Positions 10,347 through 19,293 of a stretch of 64,000 bases of DNA are shown here, piece after piece. This stretch comes from Pirellulales bacterium (lineage in GTDB: Bacteria > Planctomycetota > Planctomycetia > Pirellulales > UBA1268): contig JAGYJY010000026.1 of the NCBI GenBank assembly GCA_018401745.1, positions 6,927-70,926 of the forward strand, in the 5' to 3' direction. Below the pieces are notes generated by a model that had not been told where the DNA came from, searched no databases, and saw only the letters and a program-made list of their open reading frames with translations. Position 1 is the stretch's first letter. Each line of letters starts with the position of its first letter. A program made the position numbers and the translations under genes.

Positions 10347-11098
10347 TCGAGTTTGACCATGCCTCCCGCACCTACGGCACCAAAGAAGCGGTCTGCGACC
10401 TGAGCCTGACAATCCCGGCGGGAGAACTCTTCGCACTCCTCGGCCCGAGCGGCGCCGGCAAGACGACCAGCATCAAGATGCTCGTCGGCCTGCTGCAGCC
10501 GTCGCAGGGCACAGTCCGCGTCTGCGGCCATGACGTCGTCCGCGACCCCCGCTCTGCCCATCAGCGGCTCGGCTACGTGCCTGACGAAGCGATCCTCTAC
10601 GACAAGCTCAGTGGACGTGAGTTTCTCTGGTTTATCGCCGACATGTTTGGCATGGACCGCGGCGTCACCGCAGCACGGATTGAAGACGAAATCGTGGCGT
10701 TCGAGCTCGGCGAGTTTGTCGACGATCTCGCCGAAAGCTATTCCCTTGGCATGAAGCAACGGCTCGTCTTTGCAGCTGCCCTGCTGCATGCTCCAGACGT
10801 GCTCGTGCTCGATGAGCCGATGGTGGGCCTCGACCCCCGCACGGTACGAATCGTCAAAGACCTGATTCGCTCGCGCACCCGCGACGGCATGACGGTTTTC
10901 ATGTCGACCCACACCCTGGCCATGGCGGAGGAGCTGGCCGATCGGGTGGCGATCATGGTCAAAGGAAGTCTGCAGTTTCTGGGCACTGTCGGCGAGCTCC
11001 GGCAACAGCTCTCGGTCGAGGAGTCGTCGCTGGAAGACCTCTACCTGCAGCTCACCGGCCGCGGGATCGGGCTCCCTGCGGCCTCAGAAAACGCCTGA
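10343..11098 (+). CDS. ABC transporter ATP-binding protein
   Basis: Walker A GPSGAGKTT, Q-loop, signature LSLGMKQRL, Walker B VLVLDEP and H-loop STH. Start at ATG 10343 (MIEFDHASRTYG). Confidence 0.9.
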   Translation: MIEFDHASRTYGTKEAVCDLSLTIPAGELFALLGPSGAGKTTSIKMLVGLLQPSQGTVRVCGHDVVRDPRSAHQRLGYVPDEAILYDKLSGREFLWFIADMFGMDRGVTAARIEDEIVAFELGEFVDDLAESYSLGMKQRLVFAAALLHAPDVLVLDEPMVGLDPRTVRIVKDLIRSRTRDGMTVFMSTHTLAMAEELADRVAIMVKGSLQFLGTVGELRQQLSVEESSLEDLYLQLTGRGIGLPAASENA

Positions 11099-11099
11099 C

Positions 11100-12905
11100 A
11101 TGCCTCCCATCCCCTCGCACGCATCGCCTTCGGAGCAGCCATCTGCAGCCCCGCAAGACTCGCTCCCGCGGGCCATTTCCCCGCAGGATGAGTCGCGACT
11201 TTTTCTCCGGCTGCGACGCCGCATGGTGGCATCCACGCTCGGCCACATGCTGCAGACCGCTCGCCTGCGGATCACGCTCGTGGCGCTGCTCAGCCTGGTT
11301 TTCTGGGGCTCGCTCTTTGGCATCTTCTACGAGGCATTCCACTTCCTGGAAGACCTGCACGCCGACGTGATCCCGATGCTCTTCAATGCCTTCTTTCTTT
11401 CCCTGATGGTGATGCTCGTCTTCTCCAGCGGCATCCTCCTCTATTCCGGCCTCTTCACCTCCCGCGAGGCTCGGCTGCTGCTCACACTGCCGGCAACGCC
11501 CGATGCGATCTTTGCACACGTGTTCCGGGAGTCGATCTGGTTTTCAAGCTGGGGCTTCGTGCTGCTCGGCAGCCCCATGCTGGTCGCCTACGGTCTCGTG
11601 CACGGAGCCTCTCTCGCCTACTACCTGCTGATGCTCCCCTTGATGGTGTCGTTTGCGATCATTCCGGCAACTCTTGGCGGCATGCTCTGCCTCACGCTCG
11701 TTCGTTTTCTCCCCAGGCTGCGGCTGCATGTGCTCTCAATGGCCGGCGTGCTCGCGGTAGCGCTCGGCGGCTGGCTCGGCTGGTCAGCCTTCAGCCAAAA
11801 CGACGCAGACCGGCTCACGACAAGCTGGTTTGAGCAGGCCTTCAGCAGACTTGCCGTCACCGAGCAGCGGTTTCTGCCGAGCTGGTGGCTGACCAGCGGC
11901 CTGATGGAAGCGAGCCGCTCCTCGAGCGATCCTCAGCAGCAGTGGGCTGCCCTTGCCGAAGCCGGGGCGTTTCTCGCGGTGCTTGTGGCCAACGGACTGT
12001 TTCTTCAGCTGCTTGCGGGGCTGCTGGCTCGGGCCTGGTATCGCCGCGGCTACGGACTGCTGGCCGGTGAATACACAGCCCGCCGAGCGCCGCAGGCCAG
12101 CTGGGTCGACCATGCCATCGAACGGCTCGGCTCCAAGCAGGGCCTCCCGCTGCGACTGCTGCTGGTGAAAGACCTGCGGCTTTTTCGCCGCGACATCGCC
12201 CAGTGGTCGCAGTTTGCAATCTTCTTCGGCCTGCTCGCGATCTACTTCGTCAATCTCCGCTCGTTCCACTACGACAGCTCCTACGCTTCGCTGATCGGCT
12301 CGCTCAATCTGGGCGTCGTGGGGCTGATTCTCTCCACATTCACAACCCGCTTCGTCTATCCGATGATCAGTCTGGAAGGCCGTCGCTTCTGGATCCTCGG
12401 CCTGTTGCCGCTGCGTCGCGACCAGATCGTCTGGTCGAAGTTTCTCTTCTCCGTGGCAGGCTCACTGCCGCCCTGCTGCCTGCTGATCCTGCTGAGCGAC
12501 CGGATGCTTGGGCTGCCCGGCAAGGCCATCCTGCTGCATGAAATCGCCTGCGTGACGCTCTGCATCGGGCTTTCCGGGATCGCCGTGGGCCTCGGAGCCC
12601 TGATTCCCGACCTTCGCGAGGCGTCGCCCTCAAAAATCGCTGCGGGGTTCGGCGGCACGCTGAGCCTCGTGCTCAGTTCGCTCTTCATCATGCCGGTTGT
12701 CCTCGCGGCCGGCCTGCCCTTCCATGCTGAGGCTGCCATCACTGCCCTCGGCAGCTCGTGGCCCTGGCTGGCGGCTCTCCTTGGCATCTTTACTGGGGGC
12801 AGTGGGGTCGCCGTGTCGGTCGGCATCCTCTGCGTTCTCGGCCTGTTTGCTGGTGGAACGCCGCTGATGCTGGGAATCCGTTCGTTTCGCCGCTTGGAGG
12901 CGTAG
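11100..12905 (+). CDS. Polytopic membrane protein, putative ABC exporter permease
   Basis: ATG lies 1 nt after the ATPase stop. About 12 hydrophobic helices spread over 601 aa. No specific family motif recognised. Confidence 0.65.
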   Translation: MPPIPSHASPSEQPSAAPQDSLPRAISPQDESRLFLRLRRRMVASTLGHMLQTARLRITLVALLSLVFWGSLFGIFYEAFHFLEDLHADVIPMLFNAFFLSLMVMLVFSSGILLYSGLFTSREARLLLTLPATPDAIFAHVFRESIWFSSWGFVLLGSPMLVAYGLVHGASLAYYLLMLPLMVSFAIIPATLGGMLCLTLVRFLPRLRLHVLSMAGVLAVALGGWLGWSAFSQNDADRLTTSWFEQAFSRLAVTEQRFLPSWWLTSGLMEASRSSSDPQQQWAALAEAGAFLAVLVANGLFLQLLAGLLARAWYRRGYGLLAGEYTARRAPQASWVDHAIERLGSKQGLPLRLLLVKDLRLFRRDIAQWSQFAIFFGLLAIYFVNLRSFHYDSSYASLIGSLNLGVVGLILSTFTTRFVYPMISLEGRRFWILGLLPLRRDQIVWSKFLFSVAGSLPPCCLLILLSDRMLGLPGKAILLHEIACVTLCIGLSGIAVGLGALIPDLREASPSKIAAGFGGTLSLVLSSLFIMPVVLAAGLPFHAEAAITALGSSWPWLAALLGIFTGGSGVAVSVGILCVLGLFAGGTPLMLGIRSFRRLEA

Positions 12906-12985
12906 CGTGCGAGGCCTCCGACCGCGTTACCTCTGGTGCTCAGCTGCGGTTTTTCCTAGAGACGCTTCGAGAAAGGCAATCGACG

Positions 12986-13966
12986 ATGCGCCGCCGCCCA
13001 TCACACAACCTACGCAGCGATCTCGCAAAACTCGCGGGATGTGGACTCGCTGCGGCAGCCCGACCGGCTGGGGATGTGGGCGGCAGGGCTGTACGCGTGG
13101 GTGCGGTGCAATACCTCAACACGAAGCCGCTCGTGCATGGACTCGCCTCGTCTCATGCTGGCAAAAACAGCGGTCTCAACCTCTCTTACGACCTGCCCAG
13201 TCGGCTTGCTGACCAGCTCTCGTCGTCGGCTCTCGATGTGGCCCTGATCCCGATTGTTGAGGTCTTTCGGGGCGGCTGGCGGGTGATCACCGACGCCTGC
13301 ATCGGCTGCCGCGGGCCAGTGATGAGCGTGAAACTGTTTTTCCGGACGGCCCCCCAGCGGGTCACCCGAATCGCTCTTGATGAGGGGTCGCGGACAAGCG
13401 CAGCCCTCGCGCAGGTGCTGCTCGCGGAGCGGTTTGGCGTGCGGCCGGCTGTTGAGCCACTCCCCATCGGCAGCGGAGTCGACGCGACCGATGCCGATGC
13501 GGTTCTCCTTATTGGTGACCGAGCCATCGGCCCCAATGGCGGCCCCGCCGACGGGCATTCCGCGGCCCAGCCGAGAAAAAACGGCAGTTTTCAGCTCGTC
13601 TGGGATCTGGGCGATGAGTGGTGCCGCTGGACCGGGCTGCCCTTCGTCTTTGCTGCCTGGGCCGCCCGGCCCGGTGTCAACACTGAGGCCCTCGAACCGC
13701 TGCTGACGGCCGCGCGGGATCGAGGCGTGGCGAATCTTGCGGCCATCGCGGCCGCCGAGGCTCCCAGGCACGGGCTGACGGTTCCGCAGTGCCTGAGTTA
13801 CTTTCGCGACAATCTGCACTATCGTATCGGCTCGGCCGAACGCGAAGCGATGCACCGATTCCGCGAACTGGTCGGGGCGATCGGGCTGCTCTCCACAGGG
13901 CAGCCACAGTCTGTTCAGAAGCCCAGCCGACCGCACGCAGGCGCCCGCATGGAGACACAGGAGTAG
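12986..13966 (+). CDS. mqnA: Chorismate dehydratase (futalosine pathway MqnA)
   Basis: VRVGAVQYLNTKPLVHGL..YDLPSRLADQL..LDVALIPIVE matches the MqnA (periplasmic-binding-protein-like) family. Start at the first ATG downstream of the permease stop. Adjacent to another futalosine-pathway gene. Confidence 0.8.
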   Translation: MRRRPSHNLRSDLAKLAGCGLAAAARPAGDVGGRAVRVGAVQYLNTKPLVHGLASSHAGKNSGLNLSYDLPSRLADQLSSSALDVALIPIVEVFRGGWRVITDACIGCRGPVMSVKLFFRTAPQRVTRIALDEGSRTSAALAQVLLAERFGVRPAVEPLPIGSGVDATDADAVLLIGDRAIGPNGGPADGHSAAQPRKNGSFQLVWDLGDEWCRWTGLPFVFAAWAARPGVNTEALEPLLTAARDRGVANLAAIAAAEAPRHGLTVPQCLSYFRDNLHYRIGSAEREAMHRFRELVGAIGLLSTGQPQSVQKPSRPHAGARMETQE

Positions 13967-13972
13967 ACCGGC

Positions 13973-15171
13973 ATGGCCCGCAGCACCCGCACGATTCTCG
14001 CAGACACCCTCGCTGGGCAGCGGCTCGGCTTTGATGATGCGGTTGCGCTCCTCTCGTCGCCTGAGCTCGCCTCGATCGGCCACGCCGCCGACACCGTCAC
14101 TCGCCGGCTGCATCCGGAGCCTTGGCGAACCTACAACATCGACCGCAACATCAACTACACGAACGTCTGTACGGCTGTCTGCGATTTCTGCGCGTTCTAC
14201 CGTCCGCCAAAGCATGCCGAGGGCTACGTCCTTGAGCGGGCCGAGCTCTATGCCAAAATCGAGGAAACGGTGGCCCTTGGAGGCGACCAGATCTTGATGC
14301 AAGGTGGCCTGCATCCCACGCTGACCCTCGAGTGGTATGAGGAACTGCTCCGCGATCTCAAGGAGCGGTTTCCACAGGTCAACATCCACGGTTTCTCGCC
14401 GCCTGAGATCTACCACTTCACCAAGGTTTCGAAGCGACCGCTCAAAGAAGTGCTTGAAAGGCTGGCCGCTGCAGGGCTCGGCTCGCTGCCAGGGGGCGGT
14501 GGTGAGATCCTTGTCGACCGCGTGCGAGCCGCGATGACTCGCGGCAAGGTGATGACCGACGACTGGCTGGAGGTGCACCGCGTGTGGCATCAGCTTGGCG
14601 GCCGCAGCACGGCCACCATGATGTACGGCCATATCGAAACGCTGGCTGAGCGGGTCGAGCACCTCGAGCGGCTGCGGCAACTGCAGGACGAAACCGGCGG
14701 CTTTACGGCCTTCATCTGCTGGTCGTTTCAACCCGACAACACGGAGATGGACCACATCCCCCCACCGGTCCTTTTGAATACCTCCGCACCCAGGCGGTGG
14801 CCCGGCTGTATCTCGATAACTTTCCGAGCATCCAATCGAGCTGGGTGACTCAGGGCCGCGAGGTCGGCCAGCTGGCTCTGCTCTACGGTGCCAACGACAT
14901 GGGCAGCCTGATGATCGAGGAAAACGTCGTCAGTGCTGCTGGCACCGTGCACCACCTCACACTCGAGCAGATGCGGTCGGCCATCTCCGAACTCGGCTAT
15001 GAGCCGAAGCGCCGCAACGTCTTCTACGAGACCTACGACGAGGATCCTGCAGTGGCCCTGCATGCCAGCCCGCAGCCGCTGGGCTGCTGCGGTGGGAGCT
15101 CACACTGCGACTCGCAGCCGTCGTCTACCTTCACAGCCTCCCAACTGCCGGTCCTTCCATCCGTCACCTGA
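13973..15171 (+). CDS. Radical SAM menaquinone biosynthesis enzyme, MqnC/MqnE family (cyclic dehypoxanthinyl futalosine or aminofutalosine synthase), interrupted by an apparent 1-nt frameshift
   Basis: ORF 13973..14848 (frame 2: NYTNVCTAVCDFCAFYRP radical-SAM cluster, GGGEILV, MMYGHIET) and ORF 14797..15171 (frame 1: FEYLRTQAVARLYLDNFPSIQSSWVTQG, GANDMGSLMIEENV) are the N- and C-terminal parts of one protein. The frames join at the C6 run 14758-14763. Confidence 0.8.
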
Positions 15172-15172
15172 A

Positions 15173-16453
15173 GTGCAGGAAGCGGACTTGCCACTCTCAG
15201 AGCCTCCGTTCGCTGGCCTCGCCGCTGCATCCAAAGGGGCAACGCTCACGCTGCGTGCTCGCACCGTGCTCCCGATGCAGGGGCCGCCGCTTGATGGTGG
15301 CTGGCTGAGGCTTGTTCGTGGTCGCATCGTGGCCGTGGGTCGGCGGGAGCCGCCAGGCAGGGTGGTGGATCTTGGCGACACGCTGCTTCTTCCTGGGCTT
15401 GTCAACCCGCACTGCCACCTTGAGTTTTCCGGAATCCCAACGCCGCTTGTGCCGCAGCAGCCGCCTGGCGGGCTCGCCGGCTGGATTCCTGCGGTGATGG
15501 GGGCCCGCCAGCAGCCCGGCTGCAGCGACGTCGCGGCAGCGATCCGTGTTGGCCTTCGCGAATCGGCTGCTGCAGGCGTCACGCTCATCGGTGAGATTGC
15601 CACAGCCGACCCGTCATGTTCCTACCCACAGCAGGGCGTTCCTCGGCTGCGGGTGTATCGGGAGTGCCTCGGCTTGAGCGACGCCCGTGCTCGCGGGTCG
15701 CTCACGAGCCTTCGCCGCGGCCTTGATCGGCTGCCGTCGCGGGCCGCCGGCATTTCCCCGCACGCACCCTACTCGGTGCGGGCCTCGCTCGCTGCCGAGC
15801 TGCTGCGGATCGCGGCCAGACGGCGGCTCCCGGTGGCCGTGCATCTAGCGGAGAGCCGTGAGGAGCAGGAGCTCATCCAAACGCAGGGTGGCGCCTTTCG
15901 CCAGCTGCTCGACAGCCTGGCCGCCTGGCCATCCCCTGCCCCCCGCCTGCTGACCGCTGCCGACTGGGTGTCGCTGGCATGCCGAGCACCGCGAGCGGCA
16001 TTCATCCATGCATCGTTTCTCGACCACACGGCGTTCGCCAGGCTTGCCCGCCACCGCAACCGGGCGGCTGTCGTCGTCTGCCCGCGAACGGCTGCGCTGA
16101 TTTCCGGCAGCCTCGCTCCGGTCCGCCAGCTCCTCGGCGCCGGCATCCGCGTGGCCATCGGCACCGACGGCCGCGGCTCAGCGCCGGATCTCTCCCCGCG
16201 ACATGAGGCTGCCTGGCTCGTTGACCGCGGGCTCGTCTCTCCGGCCGAAGCCCTCATGATGCTGACGACCTCTGCCGCGTGGGCGGTCGGCTGCGAGCAT
16301 GCAGCGGGGCGGCTCATTCCCGGCCGCCCTGCCGACCTCACCATCCTGGCTCCAGAGAGCGTCTCAGCCGATCCCCATGCCGACGTTCTCGCTCCATCGA
16401 CCCGCGTCGTCGCCACCCTTCGCAGCGGCAAGCCAATCTTCCTCTCCGCCTGA
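15173..16453 (+). CDS. Amidohydrolase family protein, candidate aminodeoxyfutalosine deaminase
   Basis: Metal-dependent hydrolase signature LLLPGLVNPHCHLEFS, later HLAES and a GTDG-containing C-terminus. Start is probably GTG 15173 or TTG 15188, just after the upstream stop; the listed ORF start at 14933 overlaps the previous gene. The function follows from context with mqnA and mqnC/E (inference). Confidence 0.65.
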   Translation: MQEADLPLSEPPFAGLAAASKGATLTLRARTVLPMQGPPLDGGWLRLVRGRIVAVGRREPPGRVVDLGDTLLLPGLVNPHCHLEFSGIPTPLVPQQPPGGLAGWIPAVMGARQQPGCSDVAAAIRVGLRESAAAGVTLIGEIATADPSCSYPQQGVPRLRVYRECLGLSDARARGSLTSLRRGLDRLPSRAAGISPHAPYSVRASLAAELLRIAARRRLPVAVHLAESREEQELIQTQGGAFRQLLDSLAAWPSPAPRLLTAADWVSLACRAPRAAFIHASFLDHTAFARLARHRNRAAVVVCPRTAALISGSLAPVRQLLGAGIRVAIGTDGRGSAPDLSPRHEAAWLVDRGLVSPAEALMMLTTSAAWAVGCEHAAGRLIPGRPADLTILAPESVSADPHADVLAPSTRVVATLRSGKPIFLSA

Positions 16454-16470
16454 GCAGGTCGCGGGCCGCC

Positions 16471-17343
16471 TCACAGGCGACAGTTCGAGATGAACGTCTC
16501 CACGATTGCCGAAGCGCCGATCGCATCGAGCCGCTCCATGATTGCGTGCACCTCGCCTCGTCGCACCATGGCGCGAACGGCGCACCACTCGGAGTCTTCA
16601 AGGGCGCTGATTGTCGGCGAGTTGAAGCCGGGCGTGATCTGCTCAGCCTCGGGCAGCGACGACCGGGGAATGTTGTATTCCAGCAGCGAATAGGTGCGAG
16701 CGATCACCACGCCCTCCAGCCGGCGGACGATCCGCTCCACCATGTCGGTGTGTCGGAGCTGGCGGTTTTGCACGAGCACCGTCTCATAACGGCCAAGTTC
16801 GTCGAGCACTCGAAGCCTGTTGGCGGCGAGCGTGCTGCCGGTTTCCACCAGGTCGACGATCGCATCGGCCACACCGAGGGCGATCATGATCTCCACGCTG
16901 CCGGAGAGCTCCACGAGATGACAGGTGGCTCCACGCTCGGCGAGCCACGCCTTGGTGATCGCCGGAAAGCTCGTCGCGAGCCGTTTGCCGTCGAGGGCTG
17001 ATGCATCGGTGAGGTCGGCATCCACGTCGACGCAGAGGGCGAGCCGGCAGCTGCCAACGCCGAGGTCGAGATGGTGGACGAGATCGGCACCACTCTCGGC
17101 GACGAGATCTGCGCCGGTGATCCCCAGATCGATCGCCCCTTCGGCGGCAAGCACTGGGATGTCGGCCGTACGCAAAAACACAATCTCCACGGGGAGATCA
17201 CGACAGCGTGCAAAGAGGCTCCGCTCCGGGCGGCGAAACGTGAGGCCAGCGTCGTGCAGCAGCGTGGAGGCAAGCTCGGAGAGGCGGCCCTTGCTGGGCA
17301 CGCCGATCCTCAGCAGATCGGCATCAGGACGGTGATCGGCCAT
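16471..17343 (-). CDS. hisG: ATP phosphoribosyltransferase (long form)
   Basis: LRIGVPSKGRLSE, DIPVLAAEGAIDLGITG and a C-terminal regulatory domain. 290 aa. Lies 3 nt downstream of hisE. Confidence 0.9.
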   Translation of the reverse strand: MADHRPDADLLRIGVPSKGRLSELASTLLHDAGLTFRRPERSLFARCRDLPVEIVFLRTADIPVLAAEGAIDLGITGADLVAESGADLVHHLDLGVGSCRLALCVDVDADLTDASALDGKRLATSFPAITKAWLAERGATCHLVELSGSVEIMIALGVADAIVDLVETGSTLAANRLRVLDELGRYETVLVQNRQLRHTDMVERIVRRLEGVVIARTYSLLEYNIPRSSLPEAEQITPGFNSPTISALEDSEWCAVRAMVRRGEVHAIMERLDAIGASAIVETFISNCRL

Positions 17344-17346
17344 GGC

Positions 17347-17694
17347 TCAGCTCGTGCCTCCGTTGGTCGTGGCCCCGCGCGAGGCCTTCTCTTCAATCCC
17401 CGACACGCCGAATCGTCGCGCGAGCTCGCCTTCCACCTCGCTGAGCGTCAGCCCACGTGAGGCCAAGAGCACGAGCGTGTGGTAGAGCAGATCGGCGGTC
17501 TCCGCGACGACCCGTTCGTCTGTCTCGCCGGTGGCAGCCGCCACAAGCTCACCGGCCTCTTCGGTCACCTTGCGGCCAACCGCTTCCGGGCCGCCGGCGA
17601 GCAGCCGGCTGGTGTACGATTTCTCAACAGAACCCCCACGCCGCGACTCGATCACGTCACCGAGGGCTGCCAGAACTGTTCCCCTTTCGGGCAT
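17347..17694 (-). CDS. hisE: Phosphoribosyl-ATP pyrophosphatase
   Basis: EKSYTSRLLAGGPEAVGRKVTEEAGELVAAA..ETADLLYHTLVLL is the HisE/MazG-like signature. Start set to ATG 17694 (MPERGTVLAALGDVIESRR); the upstream 114 codons of ORF 17347..18036 are rejected. Confidence 0.8.
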   Translation of the reverse strand: MPERGTVLAALGDVIESRRGGSVEKSYTSRLLAGGPEAVGRKVTEEAGELVAAATGETDERVVAETADLLYHTLVLLASRGLTLSEVEGELARRFGVSGIEEKASRGATTNGGTS

Positions 17695-17711
17695 CCGACG
17701 AAACTCCTGCA

Positions 17712-18716
17712 ATGTCTTGCGATTCTCAGGGATCTGGGCCTGCCAGCGACGAAACCGGCCACGCCAGAGCAGCGGCCGGTCGTCTGGATGAGGCTTCCAG
17801 GCCCCCAACTCTAGCATCCGTAACAGCACGCGCACCCTGTCCTCCCCTGCTGGCGGACGACTGCCTGATCCTGGCAGGGCCGACCGCTGCCGGAAAAACG
17901 GCGATCGCCCTGCCCCTGGCAACACGGCTGGGGGCCGAGATCGTGAGCGTCGACTCGATGGCCGTCTATCGCACGCTCGATATCGGCACGGCAAAGCCTT
18001 CGGCGGCCGAGCAGCAGCAGATTCCTCACCACGCAATCGACCTGGTCGAGCCCAGCGAGCCGTTTAGCGTGGCAGCCTGGCTCAGCGAGGCCGGCCGGGC
18101 GGTGGACAGGATTCGAGCCCGCGGACGCCGCGTGCTCTTCGTGGGCGGCACCCCGCTCTATCTCAAAGCGCTGCGTGAGGGGCTTGCGGCGGGCCCTGCA
18201 GCCGACCCCGCCCTGCGAGAATCGCTCGCGGTCCGTCTGGAGCGTGAAGGAGCTGCCGCCCTGCACCGTGAACTGGCCACACTCGATCCAGGAGCAGCCG
18301 CTCGGATCCACCCCAATGACTGGCGGCGGACTCTCCGTGGCATCGAGGTGGCCACGGTGGCGCCGGCATCCCACGGCCGAGAAGCTACCTGGGAAAGGGG
18401 CGGCACGCACGCGTCGACAGCGCCCATGCTGATTGTCGATGTGCCCAGAAAGCTCCTCAACGAACGGATCGCCGCCCGTGTCCAGAAGATGTTTTCCGCC
18501 GGTCTGGTTGAAGAGGTGCGTGCGGCCGAAGCCAACGGCGGCATCGGAGCCACAGCCGGGCAGGCTGCTGGCTACAGCGAGGTTTTGGCGATGCTTGCCG
18601 GCAGAAGCACGCTTTCAGACGCGATTGAGCAGACGATTCGCCGCACCCGGCAGCTGGCCAAGCGGCAGCGGACCTGGCTTCGGAGCTTCGGTGATGCCGT
18701 CTGGATCTGCAGTTGA
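17712..18716 (+). CDS. miaA: tRNA dimethylallyltransferase
   Basis: P-loop GPTAAGKT, DSMAVYRTLDIGTAKPS, IPHHAIDLVEP and RQLAKRQRTWLR. ATG 17712 gives an unusually long N-terminal leader of about 48 aa, so the true start is uncertain. Confidence 0.85.
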   Translation: MSCDSQGSGPASDETGHARAAAGRLDEASRPPTLASVTARAPCPPLLADDCLILAGPTAAGKTAIALPLATRLGAEIVSVDSMAVYRTLDIGTAKPSAAEQQQIPHHAIDLVEPSEPFSVAAWLSEAGRAVDRIRARGRRVLFVGGTPLYLKALREGLAAGPAADPALRESLAVRLEREGAAALHRELATLDPGAAARIHPNDWRRTLRGIEVATVAPASHGREATWERGGTHASTAPMLIVDVPRKLLNERIAARVQKMFSAGLVEEVRAAEANGGIGATAGQAAGYSEVLAMLAGRSTLSDAIEQTIRRTRQLAKRQRTWLRSFGDAVWICS

Positions 18717-19293
18717 GGGGTGCTGTCAGGAGCGTGCTAGCACCCTATCTTGGGCCCCCCCCTCGCTCCCACCACAAAATCATGTCTTTTGCTTGCCATT
18801 GCTGTCTCCATCGCTAACCTCTGCCCATTGCGGTTGTCGGCCGTCCGGAACGGGGGCAACCGCGAGACCAGCTCGATGACGGTATTGGCCTGCTCTCACA
18901 CATGTCAGTGAGAGTGGCCCGGCATCCAAGGATGGATCCGACCGGTAACGAGGCGCGGTCGCTGATTCGTTTCGCCATCCGGCGACTCGAGATGCGGTCG
19001 TTGGGGCACAGAGCCTTGCATGCGACTGAGCATGCGGGGCAAAACGGCATCAACGAGGATCAGCGTGAAGGATTACGCTATCGAACGTGTGGAGGCAATC
19101 GAAGAAGCCAGTGGTTTCGGCCGCTGGCGGGTTCGATGTGTCGCCATTTTCTTGCCGCTGCACATGCATGTGCCGCCTGCCCATTTTCTCTCCGCGTCGC
19201 GTTCTCTCCTGGGCCTACGCCGGGGGTCGTTTCGACCACCCCGTTTTCTGGCACCGCAGAGGCACCCGGACGGTGCCTGGAGGACAGAAGGAC

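Noticed and set aside
13010-14755. 581-aa ORF antisense to mqnA and the radical SAM gene
   Set aside because: It spans two well-supported + strand genes and has no motifs and a biased composition.
17695-18036. N-terminal extension of hisE (229-aa ORF)
   Set aside because: HisE proteins are about 100-115 aa. The extension is Arg/Pro-rich and overlaps the divergent miaA coding region.
19110-19150. T-loop-like GGTTCGAT (gctggcgggttcgatgtgtcgcc) as a tRNA or tmRNA 3' end
   Set aside because: I could not build a flanking acceptor or T-stem pairing, there is no tag-ORF or CCA context, and no tmRNA 5' GGGG...acceptor partner was found.
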